Assembly (NCBI RefSeq): GCF_006345805.1
Contig: NC_043010.1
Location: 42,098,001-42,162,000, forward strand
From: Octopus sinensis
Lineage: Eukaryota
Direction of reading: 5' to 3'
DNA: 64,000 nt
Shown here: piece after piece, positions 61,263 to 64,000 of the stretch
Layout of the letters: each line of letters begins with the position of its first letter
Position numbering within the stretch: the stretch's first letter is position 1
Notes under the pieces: generated by a model
What the model saw: the letters and a program-made list of their open reading frames with translations, nothing else
The model's database searches: none
What the model was told of the DNA's origin: nothing
Translations under genes and position numbers: made by a program

Positions 61263-61879
61263 GTAAGTATATGACAGTCCTAAATATAACAATATTTTAA
61301 ACCTGCTCCTGATTGCTATACTGCTTCCAAAGCTGAATGAATATTGTCTCAGAATGTATAAATTAAATATATAAATAACGGGTGTGTGTTATATACCTGT
61401 ATGCCTGAAAGTGTGTGTGTGCGTTTGCTTGCATTTATGTGTGCATGAGTTTAGGTATGCAAGTATGTTTGTTTACATGTATGTGTTCCTGTGTGTAGAT
61501 TAATTGATAGGTAAGTACTGTCTAAATAAAATCCTCTGCAAGAGAATAGAAATATCCAGTAACAAAAATCGGTTCCACAGCAAACACTTTTAATCTTATT
61601 CACCACATAAACTTATGTCGAAAAGTGTTTAGTCACTCTTGTCAAAGAGTGGAGACATGTGGATCCTCACGATTGAATCAACAGAAAACTTTACTATATT
61701 TTACCGATAACAGAACTTCTGCATTGGACGTCAGTGATGAACGGGCTCAAATGCTATTGATATTTTGAATTTTATATTTTTCTTTTATTTTATGTGTATC
61801 TTCGAGAAAATATTAGTCATTAGGAAACCAGTTCGTTAGAAAATCTAATTCGAGACAGAAGCAGTGTACGAACTGAAAA

Positions 61880-62426
61880 GTATTGCTTATGGCCACTCTA
61901 ATGTGGCTGTCCTCTAAGAGATGACAGAACTGTCATTTAACCCCAGGAAGACGGCTCCAGCTGGTTTATTTAATGCGCTTTTCACACTCGATACTTATTG
62001 CAAGCGGGGTATAACTCCTGCCACCCTAGCTTCAAGACTACCAGATAAAGTGGTTTCTATTTGTATTAGATTTCCTTGGTGGTGGGTACTCGTTACCAGG
62101 TATGGCGTAATCTCTTAGAGGACAGCCACATACTGTTGCTATCTCGACCAGATTTCCTATTTACAAAGCCAGTGATTCTATGACACTGTGTCTTCTATAT
62201 ATTGCAAGCGAGATAAACTGCTACCTTGCCTGGCAACGAGTACCCATCACCAAGTACAGATTGAAACCATCGGGTCTGCTGGTCTTCAAGCTAGTATGGC
62301 AAATTTATCTCCCGTTTTCAATAAATATTGAGTGCGAGAAGCGCACTGAATAAACCAGCTGGGGTTTAAATGACAGTATCGCCGTCTCTTAGAGGACAAC
62401 CACATTAAAGCGGCCATAAGCAATAC
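61880..62426. mobile_element. Fold-back/MITE-like element, imperfect inverted arms of about 210-230 bp
   Basis: GTATTGCTTATGGCC...GTCCTCTAAGAGA...CCAGCTGGTTTATT...GGGTACTCGTT is mirrored by AACGAGTACCC...AATAAACCAGCTGG...TCTCTTAGAGGAC...GGCCATAAGCAATAC. Confidence 0.8.
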
Positions 62427-63341
62427 ATTAATCATTTGAATTAACATTTAAACAAGTTTTATTCTATTACTGTAGAATGTAAACACATTTTCTATAAGGT
62501 TCTGTTCTATATGGGATTTTGAGTGGAATATAAATTCAGTATCCTTACAAAATTTTAATCAAGTACATAATTAAATATTATGAAATTGTTTTCGAGAGAC
62601 TCATCTTTATAATTCTTCCTTCTTCTCTCGTTTTTGATACAGTTGCTTCTTCAGAGAGCATAGGTATTGTCTCAGTTTTAATGATGTTTATAGTGGGTGT
62701 AAGCACTAGAAGGAAATTCATCCAATTTAGGTTGTGATGCTTCTTCGAAATATCAGTCATTTCTGAATTTTTCCCTTAAGAGACTTTCTATATTGTAGTC
62801 ATGCTGGTTGAATAATTATTCGTAGTATTTTAACTACAGTCATTATGGTTATTAATTATCTTATTATTTTTCATAATAACATTATTGTTGTTTGCTATGC
62901 TCTTCCTTTTCCAAGTTGTAACACAGAAAAATCGAATAGTTGGCTTTGATTTAACAGTCTTGATCATTTCACACCTGAAGTGAGGACAAACACTGGTTAA
63001 CCTTAAAGTTATTCATTTCCAATAATATTGTTCACAGTAATTTAGCCAAGCTTTCAAAGTATGTTATAACTTTCATACTGCTAACCGTGCACCATAACTT
63101 AGTGGATATAACGTGGAGTTCTGGGTATGCAATTATCTGCATCTGATTTTTAATTCCCAAAGCGCTTTTATTTTAGGGATCTTTTTTAATTAAATGGGAC
63201 AGTAATTTCTTGAGGATCGTTGCGTCTCTTTTTTATGAGATCATTTAAACATCTGGTCAGGATTGTTTAAGAGTTTGTATAATATGCCTATATCAACCTT
63301 GGAAGTGGAATTGGTTAACGGAAACTGAAAGAAACTCGTCG

Positions 63342-63375
<34 letters not shown>

Positions 63376-63452
63376 CACGATATAAACGACGGGTTTCTTT
63401 ATATAAAAAGAATTGTTTTACATGAAGAGTTGTTCCTCAGTAATTATTATCA

Positions 63453-63646
63453 TTCTTTTACATGTTTTAGTCCTTAGACCGTGATTATGCTGGGGCACTA
63501 CCTTGGAGAATTCTTTAGCCTAACGAATCGATTTCCGTACTTACCTTTTAAGATACTTATTCTAGCGGTCTCTTTGCCAAACCGCTGTGTTGCGGGGGCA
63601 TAAACACAACACCTGTTCTCAAGCAGTGTGGGGGACAAACACACAC

Positions 63647-63648
<2 letters not shown>
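63453..63648 (-). mobile_element. SINE family A 3' half, diverged
   Basis: Reverse complement similarity to 23750-23940. Confidence 0.65.
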
Positions 63649-63687
<39 letters not shown>

Positions 63688-63699
63688 ATATATATATAA

Positions 63700-64000
63700 A
63701 TTAATAATAAATATTAGGGAATAAATCCAAACTTACAGGGAAAAATCAGATTTAGGATTGAATCCAATTTTATAGTAAAATATTATATTATATTAAATTA
63801 GAGACAAAACCACTATTAGGCAAATCAAACAATGAAAAACTTAAGCCAATACATATGATTAATTTATATTATTTAAATATATAACAAAATTATTAAAAAA
63901 TTATTAATTATATTTTTTTAAATAATTTTGTTATATATTTAAATAATATAAATTAATCATATGTATTGGCTTAAGTTTTTCATTGTTTGATTTGCCTAAT
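63700..64000. mobile_element. Fold-back insert after (TA)n (at least 86-bp inverted arms, runs off the window)
   Basis: 63815-63900 is the near-perfect reverse complement of 63913-64000. Confidence 0.65.

Noticed and set aside
62578-62760. 60-aa minus ORF MTDISKKHH...
   Set aside because: Short, with no motif or splice support.

Overview
AT-rich, microsatellite-saturated eukaryotic (non-bacterial) DNA. The SINE families, (TA)n-associated retroelement ends and mollusc-type TTAGGG motifs look like a coleoid cephalopod (Octopus-like) genome; this is inferred from pattern recall, not a database search. I see no intact protein-coding gene: almost every ORF in the track is a microsatellite translation or a decayed transposon fragment, so the window reads as a very long intron or intergenic tract. 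Recognisable content: two tRNA-derived SINE families in many copies; a Merlin (IS1016/IS1595-like) system of two decayed transposase copies plus five related MITEs, several with 8-bp TSDs; a full-length decayed hAT/Buster element nested in one Merlin; mariner, pogo-like and Helitron remnants; CR1, RTE, R4/Dong, CRE-like and Penelope fragments; and a gag/ORF1-like zinc-knuckle ORF with no adjacent RT. Most worth follow-up: (1) a textbook recursive-splice-site signature (polypyrimidine-CAG|GTGAGT) with a 165-nt cryptic exon at 61098-61262, about 620 nt upstream of a 550-bp fold-back; (2) three long near-perfect hairpins inserted in (TA)n arrays, with hammerhead-like remnants in related (TA)-flanked element ends; (3) a multi-layer nested transposon stack with an internal inversion; (4) the ORF1-only element. 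Coordinates were read by eye, and edges of decayed repeats are approximate.
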